DNA from: Lingula anatina
Taxonomy: Eukaryota > Animalia > Brachiopoda
NCBI GenBank assembly: GCA_051362555.1
Contig: CM120645.1
Coordinates: 21,328,001 to 21,392,000, forward strand
Length of the DNA stretch: 64,000 nt
Direction of reading: 5' to 3'
The notes below the pieces were generated by a model. It made no database searches and was not told the origin of the DNA. It was given only the letters and a program-made list of their open reading frames with translations. Every line of letters starts with the position of its first letter. Positions within the stretch are counted from its first letter, which is position 1. Below are positions 63,332-64,000 of this stretch, piece by piece. The translations under genes and the position numbers were made by a program.

Positions 63332-64000
63332 CCATCTCAATAAATAGTCATTATTTAAACAATTTATGAACTCCTGGTGGGGTAGGAGATAGAAAATCAA
63401 AATAGCAATCTATTTATCAATATGTTTTTAAAAATCTCTCATTTTAATTAAAATTTAATCTTCGGTTTCGGTGTATATGAGAGTTACTCATGATCAGTTC
63501 TTTCTTTTAAGTGTGTGTGACTCTCAACCCAGTGCTTTTCTTTGGAAATAAAAAGGTGATGATAAAAACCTTTCAATGCTTGCAAACGTGGTGCAAACAT
63601 TATGATTCTAGTTAATGATACGAAATAGGTTAGGCTGGTTATTTATTGACTCGCCCTCGTACGTAAAGGAAGTTATTATTGTTAAAATTATTAGGATAGT
63701 GAGTTTATATAATAAAAGCGGCCTTGTTTGGCCAAATCACGAACACACGATAGTCTTTGTTGCCTTCTCTTTTGTTATGAACGGGACTATGCAAGTTTGT
63801 GGTGCACTGGGATGGAGGAGACATAAAATAACGTTAATCATTAATATGCCAGGTCATGGTAGTTATCGATACACATTGTATATAGAGCCGCACTTTGTGA
63901 AGTATAGGGAATATCATATTGTATCACAGAGGTCGGGCACGTTATCCAAGCATCCCAAAAGATAAAACGTGATACAAATTACCCTAAAGAATTAAATTAT

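Overview
AT-rich, intron-rich animal (invertebrate-like) genomic DNA; no prokaryotic features, rRNA, tRNA or CRISPR seen. Manual splicing gives six complete genes plus a possible first exon at the left edge. (1) Minus strand, 20 exons, ~2550 aa type-I membrane protein: signal peptide, IgGFc-binding/FCGBP N-terminal-like domain, ~27 acidic Asp/Cys DNDCDG repeats (17 in one intronless exon), Thr-rich stalk, TM, Cys/His-rich tail. (2) Clan-2 cytochrome P450 with an atypical I-helix, head-to-head with (3) a stand-alone NHL-repeat protein. (4,5) A tandem pair of secreted mosaic proteins: PAN/apple-like domain apparently split by a Pro/Thr tract and furin sites, resistin/PCSK9-like Cys modules, TSP1, VWA, TSP1, SUEL-like lectin, His-rich/(PHRS)n basic tail. 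(6) A PLAT-ShKT-mucin-TM receptor-like gene joined by a GC-AG intron, with a truncated paralog relic upstream. Introns and spacers carry decayed Tc1/mariner elements, MITEs, a LINE fragment and tandem repeats. All domain names are from visual motif recognition, not database searches.
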